Origin: a bacterium | GTDB lineage: Bacteria; Zhuqueibacterota; Zhuqueibacteria; Residuimicrobiales; Krinioviventaceae | Assembly: GCA_963693055.1 (NCBI GenBank) | Contig: OY843751.1 | Location: 5,728,001-5,792,000, forward strand | Direction: 5' to 3' | Length of the DNA: 64,000 nucleotides | Shown here: positions 9,707 through 19,210 of the stretch, one piece after another | How positions within the stretch are numbered: position 1 is the stretch's first letter | Layout of the letters: every line of letters begins with the position of its first letter | Notes under the pieces: model-generated | The model's input: the letters and a program-made list of their open reading frames with translations, nothing else | Databases searched by the model: none | Told to the model about the DNA's origin: nothing | Translations under genes and position numbers: made by a program

Positions 9707-9986
9707 CTTGAATCCTTGTATGTGATATAAAATTTTTATGTATAATTATTATATATCCATTTTCGGGAACAGATGCAATGGTAAATTTTTTAGTAACTCA
9801 GCCTCTATTCATAGTATTCAAGGTCTTTAATAAACATTTTTCTTGATAAAGTAAAAATTTTTTCTAATTTATTATATCCCTTTGGGGGAGGCACGTCGAA
9901 ATATATTTGAATGGTTACACTTTATTATTCTCTCAATCATTGCAGGGAACGGCTTCGAATACAATAATATATTTGAGGGGGACATT

Positions 9987-10796
9987 ATGAAACATATACT
10001 CATTATAATAATCCTGTTTATCTCTTCCTTTGGCTTCGCACAAGATCTGCCAATACTCAAAGACATCAAGATCACCATTGGGTACAACAACCAAAAAGGA
10101 CAGCTTGTTCATGATCAGCAATCTATTCTGCAGTGGCCGGAAAACCCTTTTTACCAAAGCAATATAAATCCTGAGCAAGAATACTCCTTTATCTATATGG
10201 CCAATCCCTGGGCGCAAATCAAGCTCTACCATTTTGGTTTGTACTTTTCTGAAAGCGGTAATCAATTGTTTGATGTTATAGGCTTTCCATCCAAATCTGA
10301 AATGTATTATTCAGACAACTCTTCTTTCAGCAAAATAGAAGGCTCCTTCCGCTGCAGACAAATATCTGCAGACTGGTACGTTATTAATCAACTGGCACTA
10401 TCAGCCTCTTATCTTGATTTGAGATACCAATCAGTTAACTGGGGAAATATCTACTATTACAGTGATCCTTTACGCCATAAAAATGATTTTTTAATAAAAA
10501 GCAAAGGTTTGGGCCTGGGTGCCAAAGCCAATTATCCCATAAACGATAAATACAAGATTACCGGTCAATTTTATTACTACCCCGAACTGGACACCAAATT
10601 TACAACCGCATATGAATATGAAAACATACGTAAATTCAAGTCCACGGCAGCTTCTGCAAACCTGGCCCTTAACAGGCAGTTATTCAGTGATCTTTGGGGC
10701 TCACTTGGTGTAGAGATGTTCAGGCATTCCGCAAAAGACTATGACATTAAAACAACACGTGCCATGATAACATTGGGGATTTATTACGAGTTCTGA
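9987..10796 (+). CDS. putative outer-membrane beta-barrel protein, paralog 1 (269 aa)
   Basis: RBS GAGGGG before ATG 9987; signal peptide; amphipathic strands; C-terminal LGIYYEF. Confidence 0.7.
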   Translation: MKHILIIIILFISSFGFAQDLPILKDIKITIGYNNQKGQLVHDQQSILQWPENPFYQSNINPEQEYSFIYMANPWAQIKLYHFGLYFSESGNQLFDVIGFPSKSEMYYSDNSSFSKIEGSFRCRQISADWYVINQLALSASYLDLRYQSVNWGNIYYYSDPLRHKNDFLIKSKGLGLGAKANYPINDKYKITGQFYYYPELDTKFTTAYEYENIRKFKSTAASANLALNRQLFSDLWGSLGVEMFRHSAKDYDIKTTRAMITLGIYYEF

Positions 10797-10797
10797 T

Positions 10798-11607
10798 ATG
10801 AAAAATATATCTATTTTAATATTACTATTGATTCACTCTTTTGGCTTCGCACAAGATCTGCCAATACTCAAAGACATCAAGATCACCATTGGGTACAACA
10901 ATCAAAAAGGGCAGCTTGTTCATGATCAGCAATCTATTCTGAAATGGCCGGAAAATCCATTTTACCAAAGCAATGTAAACCCAAATCAGGAATTTTCGTT
11001 TATCTATATGGCCAATCCCTGGGTTCAAATCAGGCTTTATCAGATAGCATTTAACTTTTCCGAAACTGGTAATGAATTATTTGATTTGATGGGTGCGGCT
11101 GTTAAATCCGAAATGTACTATAATGACAATACCACTTTTACAAAAATTGAGGGTTTATTTCGCTGCAGACACATATCAATAGACTGGTATATTATTGACC
11201 GACTTGCTCTCTCTGTCTCGCATTTGGATGTAAAATACCGATCAGAAAAAGCGGGTAATATTTCATATATCAGCGATCCACTACGACGGGAAAACGATTT
11301 TTTAATGAAAAGCAAAGGACTGGGACTGGGCGTCAAAGCCAATTACCCAATAAACAACAAATACAAGATTACCGGTCAATTTTATTACTACCCCGAACTG
11401 GATACCAAATTTACAACCGCATATGAATATGAAAACATGCGCAAATTCAAGTCCACGTCTGTCTCAGCAAACCTTGCCCTTAACAGGCAGTTGATCAGTG
11501 ATCTTTGGGGCTCACTGGGTGTAGAAATGTTCACGCATTCCGCAAAAGATTATGACATTAAAACAACACGTGCCATGTTAACATTGGGGATTTATTACGA
11601 GTTCTGA
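10798..11607 (+). CDS. putative outer-membrane beta-barrel protein, paralog 2 (269 aa)
   Basis: Tandem duplicate of 9987-10796, same length and same C-terminus. Confidence 0.75.
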   Translation: MKNISILILLLIHSFGFAQDLPILKDIKITIGYNNQKGQLVHDQQSILKWPENPFYQSNVNPNQEFSFIYMANPWVQIRLYQIAFNFSETGNELFDLMGAAVKSEMYYNDNTTFTKIEGLFRCRHISIDWYIIDRLALSVSHLDVKYRSEKAGNISYISDPLRRENDFLMKSKGLGLGVKANYPINNKYKITGQFYYYPELDTKFTTAYEYENMRKFKSTSVSANLALNRQLISDLWGSLGVEMFTHSAKDYDIKTTRAMLTLGIYYEF

Positions 11608-11608
11608 T

Positions 11609-13786
11609 ATGAAAAATACAATCACGCTTTTTCTCTTGCTTGCGGTTACCACTCTTTTTCCGCAAGCAGACAAGACCTATTTATACGGCACATTAACAGA
11701 TGAAAATGACCGCCCGCTTGAAGGTGCCCATGTCATTATAGAAAGCACTGTACTGGGCACCAGTACCAATGCGCTGGGTAAATACAAGATCAAACTGCAG
11801 CCAGGTCAATATACGGTCAAATATTCCTATGTGGGATACAAAATAATTGAAAAAACTGTTCAAATCAAACCAGAGCACAATACGGAGTGCAGCATCAACC
11901 TTTTTCCTGATCCCATCATGTTTAAAGGAGTAATGATTGAAACAGACCGTTATAAATCAATGGGTACAAGCCGCTCCTTTGTCATAGAACCACACCTGAG
12001 TAAAAACATCCCCGCCCTGGGTGAACCAGACATCCTGCACGCTGTTAATTTTTTACCGGGTGTAATCAACAGCAACGACTTTCGCGGCGAGTTCCACAGT
12101 AAAGGCGGTGGGACTGATCAGAACACTATACTTTTAGACGGTGTTGAAATTTACAATGCCTATCATCTCTATGGTCTAGCCGGCATATTCAATATCGACG
12201 CGCTGGAAAGTGCCGAGGTGTTTCTGGGAAATTATCCGGCAAAATATGACGGTCGTGTCAGCAGTGTGATTGATATCAAAACCGCTCTACCCAAAGAAAA
12301 ACTGGCCGTTAACGTCAGCCTGCTTTCTTCAAGTATTGTTTACAACAAGCCATTCAAATCTTCATCACTTTTGTTTGCCGCCAGAAAAACCTATTTTGAT
12401 CTTGTTACGCCAATACATTATTCCTTTTACGATATCAACACTAAATACCGCTATCAAAAAAACGCGTTTACAATCACTCCGTTTGTATTCCTGAACCGCG
12501 ACAAGGCCTCGGAAGACTCCAACAATGGCGAAAAACTAATTTGGGGCAATACCGCAGCAGGTATCAATTCCACATGGCAGCATGCAAACAACCGGATCGA
12601 TTTTTCACTCGCAAACAGCCGTAGCACAACCCGTTTCAATTCGCTGGACAACAAGAGCAATGAAAATAGTATCAAGCTCGATTATTCAGGTCAATACAAA
12701 CACAATCGGTTACAATTGGGATACAAATTAAAAGATGTGGATTTTGATTATTTCTGGAACGAACCAACAACATCTGATCTGGAAGATTTTTTGACCGAGT
12801 CTATTCCCAACCGTTTTGAGGATTCATTTAATTTAAAGGTACAGGGTCTTTACGCCAATCACATCCTCACACTCTATCATAATATTGAAATAGAAACCGG
12901 TTTACGTTCTGAAAAATACCTGGACAATTATTATCAAATGCCCAGAGGTGGAGTTACACTCAACCTGCCAATGCGGCTGCGGTTGTCCCTCAATTCCGGA
13001 CGCTATTATCAATATTATGGTTTTGGCGAAGAAGCCAGAAAATTGAGCGTATCTAACCTCTTGTTTTTGACCGACTCCCCGGTAAAAAGCGACAATCACA
13101 GTATTGGCTTGAAAGGATATTTAAAACAAAATATTTCCTTTGAACTTGAAGTTTATAAACGCAAAATAGAAAACCTGTCAAGATACACAGACATCTTTCC
13201 CGAGTTTGAATACGGTGACGGTAACATTTCGGGATTCAACATTATTCTCAACAAATCCGAAGGAGCTTTTACCTATCAACTGGATTATAACTATCTCGAT
13301 ACCGAAGCAACGTTTGGACAGCAAACCTTTCCCCTGCAATGGGAGGCGAAACATGCCTTTCACGGTTTTACTGGCCTCCAGATCAAAAAAGGCTGGTTTC
13401 TGAACCTGTTGTTCACCTATCGCTCGGGAGTTCTTTTCACACCCATTAGAGGCGCTTTTGGTAAAATAAATCCGTTTGATAATAATATCGACATTCAATA
13501 TCGTAACGCTGAAATGTTTTATCTGGAAGGCAAGACCAACAGCGAACGCCTGCCGGCGTATTCTCGCCTTGATGTTAGCATTCGTAAAAAAATGGTGCGT
13601 ACAAAATACAGCTATACTGTCTATTTCCAGATCATAAACCTGCTGAACCGGCAAAATCATCTATATTATGATTGGGACAAATATTATTCCGGCTATGGTT
13701 ACGATGATGAGGGTAACAAAACCCATGTTGGTAATGAAAACTCTTTGCCCATTGTTCCATCAATTGGAGTCTATTATGAATTTTAA
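11609..13786 (+). CDS. TonB-dependent receptor with carboxypeptidase-regulatory-like N-terminal domain
   Basis: GTSTN..G.Y...YSYVGY; plug GEPDIL..LPGV, GGGTDQN.ILLDGV; RLPAYSRLD; terminal Phe. Confidence 0.9.
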   Translation: MKNTITLFLLLAVTTLFPQADKTYLYGTLTDENDRPLEGAHVIIESTVLGTSTNALGKYKIKLQPGQYTVKYSYVGYKIIEKTVQIKPEHNTECSINLFPDPIMFKGVMIETDRYKSMGTSRSFVIEPHLSKNIPALGEPDILHAVNFLPGVINSNDFRGEFHSKGGGTDQNTILLDGVEIYNAYHLYGLAGIFNIDALESAEVFLGNYPAKYDGRVSSVIDIKTALPKEKLAVNVSLLSSSIVYNKPFKSSSLLFAARKTYFDLVTPIHYSFYDINTKYRYQKNAFTITPFVFLNRDKASEDSNNGEKLIWGNTAAGINSTWQHANNRIDFSLANSRSTTRFNSLDNKSNENSIKLDYSGQYKHNRLQLGYKLKDVDFDYFWNEPTTSDLEDFLTESIPNRFEDSFNLKVQGLYANHILTLYHNIEIETGLRSEKYLDNYYQMPRGGVTLNLPMRLRLSLNSGRYYQYYGFGEEARKLSVSNLLFLTDSPVKSDNHSIGLKGYLKQNISFELEVYKRKIENLSRYTDIFPEFEYGDGNISGFNIILNKSEGAFTYQLDYNYLDTEATFGQQTFPLQWEAKHAFHGFTGLQIKKGWFLNLLFTYRSGVLFTPIRGAFGKINPFDNNIDIQYRNAEMFYLEGKTNSERLPAYSRLDVSIRKKMVRTKYSYTVYFQIINLLNRQNHLYYDWDKYYSGYGYDDEGNKTHVGNENSLPIVPSIGVYYEF

Positions 13787-14501
13787 ATATATCGTGTGCC
13801 TTTTCATCCTTACACTACTTTCTTTCTTTTCATGCGGTAATGACTTTAGCATTTCCTCCAATACAACAAATAAAAAGGAAATCGTAATACAAGCCATTTT
13901 AAAAACCTCATCGGACCGACAAGCTATTCAAATAGTAAAAACTCATCCCGTCAAGGGGGATTCTATTGATTATAATTATCATAATGCTGTTTCCGGTGCA
14001 GAGGTTTATGTAAACAATGTTCGTTTTAAAGAACGAAACCCAAAAGATACAACTATAAGCAGCTATACAAATTATTATAGCGATTCTTTGACTGTTACTC
14101 CCAATACATTTTATAAACTATTGGTAATCATCGAAAAGGATACGATCAGGGGTGAAACCTTAACGCCGGACACAACAACCATCCAATATAGTAACAAAAC
14201 GTTTTACTGGTCCGCTCCTGAGCATGCGGAATATTATCAATGCCGTTATGAATGGAACTATGAAGAATATACTGATTGGGATACGGAATTAACTTCTGAC
14301 ACCAAAATATCTATCGACACTACAATACCCACCTTGAAATGGGGTGATTTTAATGTCATTCTATATGCCTATGACAAGAATTCTAGTCTGTACAGCAAAA
14401 AAACAATCTATAAATCTGGTTTGACTGGTAATGCATTTGGCCTGTTCGGATCTGTAACACAAATGGAATCCCAATTTTACATTCCATCGCCGGCAGATTA
14501 A
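13776..14501 (+). CDS. DUF4249-like lipoprotein
   Basis: Lipobox FFSC, overlaps receptor stop, VSGAEVYV and C-terminal GLFGS motif. Confidence 0.65.
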   Translation: MNFKYIVCLFILTLLSFFSCGNDFSISSNTTNKKEIVIQAILKTSSDRQAIQIVKTHPVKGDSIDYNYHNAVSGAEVYVNNVRFKERNPKDTTISSYTNYYSDSLTVTPNTFYKLLVIIEKDTIRGETLTPDTTTIQYSNKTFYWSAPEHAEYYQCRYEWNYEEYTDWDTELTSDTKISIDTTIPTLKWGDFNVILYAYDKNSSLYSKKTIYKSGLTGNAFGLFGSVTQMESQFYIPSPAD

Positions 14502-14559
14502 GCGGGCATTCATCCAACAGAGCTATATTTCATCTTTTCCCAATTCCCAACAAAATCCA

Positions 14560-14588
14560 TTGACCGGAAAGTTTTTTCGTTGTATCTT
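14560..14588 (+). promoter_or_regulatory. sigma70-like promoter
   Basis: TTGACC-N17-TATCTT upstream of ATG 14633. Confidence 0.45.
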
Positions 14589-14632
14589 TAGTAAATTCAT
14601 TAAAACCGAAATCAGGCAGGCGGAGCGAACGG

Positions 14633-15847
14633 ATGGCAAACCCGGATCATCTTAAAATATTGCGTCAAGGTGTCAAAGAGTGGAACGAGTGGCGGAAAAC
14701 CAATCCCTTGGTTAAACCCGATCTGAGCGGAGCCAAACTTAAAGGCGCCAAATTGTGGGGCATTAACCTGCACCATGCGGATTTGCGCGGCGCCAACCTC
14801 AAAAGCACAGCCCTGTTGAAATCCAACTTGATTGAAGCCGACTTGCGGGACAGCATCATGGAAGACACCCGCCTGATGATTGCAGAAATGTGGGGCGTCA
14901 ACCTGCGCGGCGCCAATTTAAAGGGTGCCGATATGCGCATGGCCGAGATTGGCGATGCCAACCTCATAGGCTGTATCCTTAAAAATGCCAACCTGGGCAG
15001 AGCCAACCTGATGGCATCTGACCTTACAGATGCTAATCTGGAAAACACTATTCTTATTGAAACCAACCTTAATGATACCATACTCGACAATACCAATCTG
15101 ACCGGCATGACCTTTTATCGCTGTACCAGTTACGGCTGGAAGCTCAGCAATATATCTTGCGATTACATGTTTACAGACGTGGCCCGCAAGAGCCGTTACC
15201 CGAAAAACGGAAACTTTAATCCCGGTGAATTTGAAGAGATCTATAAATCCAAACCCACCATCGAGTTTACGTTTGAGCATCCCATTACCTGGGTAGATTC
15301 TCTCATTCTGGAAGTCATTCTCTCTGAACTGGAAATTGAAAAACCCGAATTGGGCATCAAGCTGATCAGCTATGACAGCCGCGGCGGCCAGTCCCGCGCA
15401 ATACTTACCATTCCCTCACTTTCCATGGAAGAGGAAGCACAGGCAATCTTGCGAGACAGGTACGATATTAAAGCCCAACTGGTCGAGTCCCGAATGGACT
15501 ATATGCTGCAGTTTATTGTTCAGGCAACTCGTGAACCGGGTGAAGAAAAACTCCTTGAAAGCGAAATTGAAAAGCTGCGGGATATTCACAATCACAATAT
15601 CAGCATTTGTACCAATGCCATTCGCGAGATCCAGAATGTTGTGCAAAAACAACCGGATGAGATCCTCTCGCATCAAAAACGTAACTATATCCTGGCCGAA
15701 CTGGACCACTATCTGAGACTGCTGGAAATGGACGGACCCAAAGTAACGGGTGAAAAGATCATGACTCTGGCACAAATAGAAATGGTACCTATTTTACCAA
15801 GAATTATCACCCAGCTTGCTGTATTGACTATCAGTAAACAGGACTGA
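14633..15847 (+). CDS. pentapeptide repeat-containing protein
   Basis: MANPDHL..L.QGV.EWNEWR leader, A(N/D)LxG pentapeptide repeats, unassigned C-terminal half. Confidence 0.9.
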   Translation: MANPDHLKILRQGVKEWNEWRKTNPLVKPDLSGAKLKGAKLWGINLHHADLRGANLKSTALLKSNLIEADLRDSIMEDTRLMIAEMWGVNLRGANLKGADMRMAEIGDANLIGCILKNANLGRANLMASDLTDANLENTILIETNLNDTILDNTNLTGMTFYRCTSYGWKLSNISCDYMFTDVARKSRYPKNGNFNPGEFEEIYKSKPTIEFTFEHPITWVDSLILEVILSELEIEKPELGIKLISYDSRGGQSRAILTIPSLSMEEEAQAILRDRYDIKAQLVESRMDYMLQFIVQATREPGEEKLLESEIEKLRDIHNHNISICTNAIREIQNVVQKQPDEILSHQKRNYILAELDHYLRLLEMDGPKVTGEKIMTLAQIEMVPILPRIITQLAVLTISKQD

Positions 15848-15902
15848 TTCCATTGCAGTAACGGAACCCATTCCTGTTTTGTACTCTAAACAGGAGTTTT
15901 GC

Positions 15903-16521
15903 ATGATACAAATGAACAACTGTATTCAGTGCTCAGGTTTACCCTGCCAGGACGTACAAACCGGCTCGAACTTTATCCCCAACACACCCATTAATCCGGA
16001 AACCATCCATTCATTCATGATCACCGAAGCGCCGACGGAAGATTTGAACGAGCATCTGTATGCATCTGGAAACCCTTTTTTCCTGCAAACCACTTTACAG
16101 GCTTTTGCCGATGCAGGATTTAAAGCCACAAGCTTGCAAGAGATAATAGATAAAGGCTTTTATATCACCACGGCTATCAAATGTGCCAAGACCGGGTATG
16201 ACGTAACTGCAGATACTATTAAAAACTGTTCAAAACTTTTGCAGCAGGAAATGGACCGACCTGTTTCCCAAAATTCAAAATCACTTTTTAGGCGGAGATG
16301 TTGCAATCAAAATGTTTAACCGGATATGCAAAAGTAACTCTGGGAAACGGGTTATTCCATCAGGATCAACATACAAAATACGCCATAATTCTTTTTACTA
16401 TAAAGAAGCTAAAGTATTCCCGTCTTATGTGATGACAGGTAAAAATTTTCTAATTGAAAAAAGCAACCGCAGAATGGTTGCAGAGGATCTGCAAAAAATC
16501 CAGGTAAAACTCGACAATTAA
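15903..16521 (+). pseudogene. uracil-DNA glycosylase-like family gene split by a 4-bp duplication
   Basis: ITEAP, TTAIKC motifs; GACCGACC at 16254-16261; removing 4 nt fuses ORFs 15879-16319 and 16312-16521 as MDLFPKIQNHFLGGDVAIKMFNR. Confidence 0.75.
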
Positions 16522-16608
16522 TTATCATTCTGCATTTGGGAGGTCTATTGTGTATATAATAGTACTGAGTGTTGTATAATATATGTAAAACAAACTCTGG
16601 GGAAAATT

Positions 16609-18084
16609 ATGAAATATTTAAATGCAGTAATTCTTCTGGTGAACATACTAGTACTCTGCACTGGCAGTAATTTGTTTGCACAAACCACAGACGACCTGAT
16701 TTTCATCCACCACTCTTGCGGGGCCAACTGGCTCTCTAACAGTTTAAATGCCGCACTACTTGCCAAAGACTATATAAACGAACGCAATGATATTACATAT
16801 GGATCTGTATTGAGCCCCGATACAGATCGTTTGGCATCCCTGGCCCCAACTCCGGGAGACAAAACAGACATGAACCACTGGATTCTCTGGTTCAATGACT
16901 ATCTGGAAAGAGTTAAAACCTGGGACTGCTCGGATGGAGAAAACAAGATCATCATGTTTAAAAGCTGCTATCCTATCAGTAATATCTATTCGGATGGTAC
17001 AGAACCCGGCGATCCGTTCAGTGCAATTCGTAACGTGGTCAATTACAAGGCAGTATATCGCCATCCTGCCGGGACGGGTAACACCTATACCCATAACGAA
17101 AAGACCTATTATCCGCTCGAAGACATTTTCGCGGCCAATCCCAACACCTTGTTCATCGCAGTAACAGCGCCTCCCCGAAACTATGGCCCTACAGATGCCA
17201 CTGACGATGCCCAGGCACAACGGGCCAGAGATTTTAACACCTGGCTCAAAACAGATTGGCTGGACAGTTACAACACTGCGAATCCCGGTTTGAACAATGT
17301 AGCGGTTTTTGACTGGTTCAACATCCTTGCTAATCCTGACGATCATGCCGATCATCCCAACCGGTTAAGAGAAGAGTATGGCGGCAATGACGGAGACTCT
17401 CATCCCAACAGCGCAGCAAACGCATACAGTACCATGCAGTTTGCCAGTAATGAAACCAATTTTATTGATACCGCCTGGGACCTGTTCAACAGCACAGTAC
17501 CGGTTGAATTATCTTCGTTTTATGCGGAAACCGGTGCTCAAGGTGTCACATTATTCTGGTCTACTGCCAGTGAGCAATTAAATGTGGGCTGGAACATTTA
17601 TCGAGCAGATGCGGATAACATGTGGCAAAAAATCAACAATTCTATTATACCGGGTTATGGTACCAGCGCATTTGAGCATAGTTATGAGTATATTGATCCA
17701 ACTCAACTCGTTAACGGACAAACCTACACCTATTTGCTTGAAAGTTTAGATGCAGCGGGAAATAAAGAACAACATCCCGCTATATCCGTAACTGCGACAA
17801 GCGGCTCTACAACACTACCGGGAACATTTGCGCTAAACGCCAATTATCCCAATCCATTTAACAGCCGAACAGTTATTCCGTATACACTTCCGGAACGTTC
17901 ACATGTGACGTTGAACATTTATGACGTACGCGGAAAGCTTGTTCAGACCCTGGTTAACAATGAACAATCCGCAGGGGAATACCATGCTGTCTGGAATGCG
18001 GACGGGCTCAGCTCTGGTACTTATTTTTGTCGTCTGAAAACCCCGGAATTTAACCAGACCATCAAACTGTTATATATTAAATAA
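16609..18084 (+). CDS. secreted SGNH-like protein with FlgD-Ig/T9SS-like C-terminal domain
   Basis: Signal peptide; FIHHSCG, MFKSCYP, DSHPN; VPVEL linker; NYPNPFN...KLLYIK. Confidence 0.7.
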   Translation: MKYLNAVILLVNILVLCTGSNLFAQTTDDLIFIHHSCGANWLSNSLNAALLAKDYINERNDITYGSVLSPDTDRLASLAPTPGDKTDMNHWILWFNDYLERVKTWDCSDGENKIIMFKSCYPISNIYSDGTEPGDPFSAIRNVVNYKAVYRHPAGTGNTYTHNEKTYYPLEDIFAANPNTLFIAVTAPPRNYGPTDATDDAQAQRARDFNTWLKTDWLDSYNTANPGLNNVAVFDWFNILANPDDHADHPNRLREEYGGNDGDSHPNSAANAYSTMQFASNETNFIDTAWDLFNSTVPVELSSFYAETGAQGVTLFWSTASEQLNVGWNIYRADADNMWQKINNSIIPGYGTSAFEHSYEYIDPTQLVNGQTYTYLLESLDAAGNKEQHPAISVTATSGSTTLPGTFALNANYPNPFNSRTVIPYTLPERSHVTLNIYDVRGKLVQTLVNNEQSAGEYHAVWNADGLSSGTYFCRLKTPEFNQTIKLLYIK

Positions 18085-18116
18085 CAGACGATAAAAAATA
18101 GCAGGAACTCCCCCGC

Positions 18117-18446
18117 ATGGCTTACAACCAGGAACTGGCAGAACGTATACGCCCGTTATTAGCGGAAATGACCGAATTTGATGAAAAGAAAATGTTTGGC
18201 GGCGTGGGATACATGGTCAAAGGGAATATGTGCTGCGGAATCTATAAAGATTCATTAATTTTAAGACTTTCCATTGAAATGGCAGAACAGGCGCTTCAAC
18301 TGGAACATTGCCGGGTATTTGACATAACAGGCAGACCCATGAAAGGCTGGGTCATGGTAGCCCCTGAGGCCTGGGGGGATGATTTGTTTTTAAAAACATG
18401 GCTAAAAAACTGTTACAATTACTGTATCTCGCTGCCCCCAAAATAA
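18117..18446 (+). CDS. TfoX/Sxy N-terminal domain protein
   Basis: MAYN.ELAERIR, EKKMFGG, GRPMKGWVMV. Confidence 0.85.
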   Translation: MAYNQELAERIRPLLAEMTEFDEKKMFGGVGYMVKGNMCCGIYKDSLILRLSIEMAEQALQLEHCRVFDITGRPMKGWVMVAPEAWGDDLFLKTWLKNCYNYCISLPPK

Positions 18447-18474
18447 AACCTTTAGAAATCCGGGACTGATTATT

Positions 18475-19206
18475 ATGATTGAAACTGACAGTATTGTTAC
18501 TGCCGTGTCACCTATGGGTATGGCAGTTTCCGACTATATGCAAGGCAATATGCACGAACTGCTTGTTACCGAACGTGATGATGGCTATTGTGATGATATG
18601 CCCGTACGCAGCTTTTTTCGTTCATTTGCTGAAATGGCACCTCATGAAAAAGCAGCTCTTGAACAATGCGATGGAAAAATTCTGGATATTGGTGCCGGTA
18701 CAGGCCCCCATTCCCTGGTATTACAAGAGTATGGCCGGGATGTGCATGCCATTGACATTTGTCCCGAAAACGTAGATTCAATGAAGGAACGCGGCGTCAA
18801 ACATGCGAATTGTATTGATATTTGGGACCTAAAAGGTAAATATGATACCCTGATGCTGCTGGGCCGTGGGATTGGAATTGTTGGAGATCTTGAAGAACTG
18901 GAGCGGTTTTTAGTCCATTGTCAATCTCTGGTAAATAAAAACGGACAAATGCTGATCAATGGTATCAATTTTAAACAAACTGATTTTATCAAACACATCC
19001 GCTATCAGCAAAGAAACCGTAAAGCACATCGTTTTGAAGGCATCTCACGGATCCGGTTGAAATACAAAGACCTTACCGGCCCATGGTTCAACTGGCTGCT
19101 GGTGGATTATGACACATTGAAAACGTACGCCCAAAAAACCGGATGGAGAACCAAAGTTCTTGAAGAAGAACCGGATGGTAATTATCTTGCGGGGTTGACG
19201 CTATAA
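18475..19206 (+). CDS. class I SAM-dependent methyltransferase
   Basis: ILDIGAGTG motif I, YDTLMLLG, WFNWL. Confidence 0.85.
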   Translation: MIETDSIVTAVSPMGMAVSDYMQGNMHELLVTERDDGYCDDMPVRSFFRSFAEMAPHEKAALEQCDGKILDIGAGTGPHSLVLQEYGRDVHAIDICPENVDSMKERGVKHANCIDIWDLKGKYDTLMLLGRGIGIVGDLEELERFLVHCQSLVNKNGQMLINGINFKQTDFIKHIRYQQRNRKAHRFEGISRIRLKYKDLTGPWFNWLLVDYDTLKTYAQKTGWRTKVLEEEPDGNYLAGLTL

Positions 19207-19210
19207 ACAA

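Noticed and set aside
9987-11607. Beta-barrel paralogs as DGR targets
   Set aside because: Differences involve all bases and lie mid-gene; no reverse transcriptase nearby
14665-15108. Antisense 147-aa ORF with repeating RLA motifs
   Set aside because: Mirror of the pentapeptide repeat codons on the opposite strand
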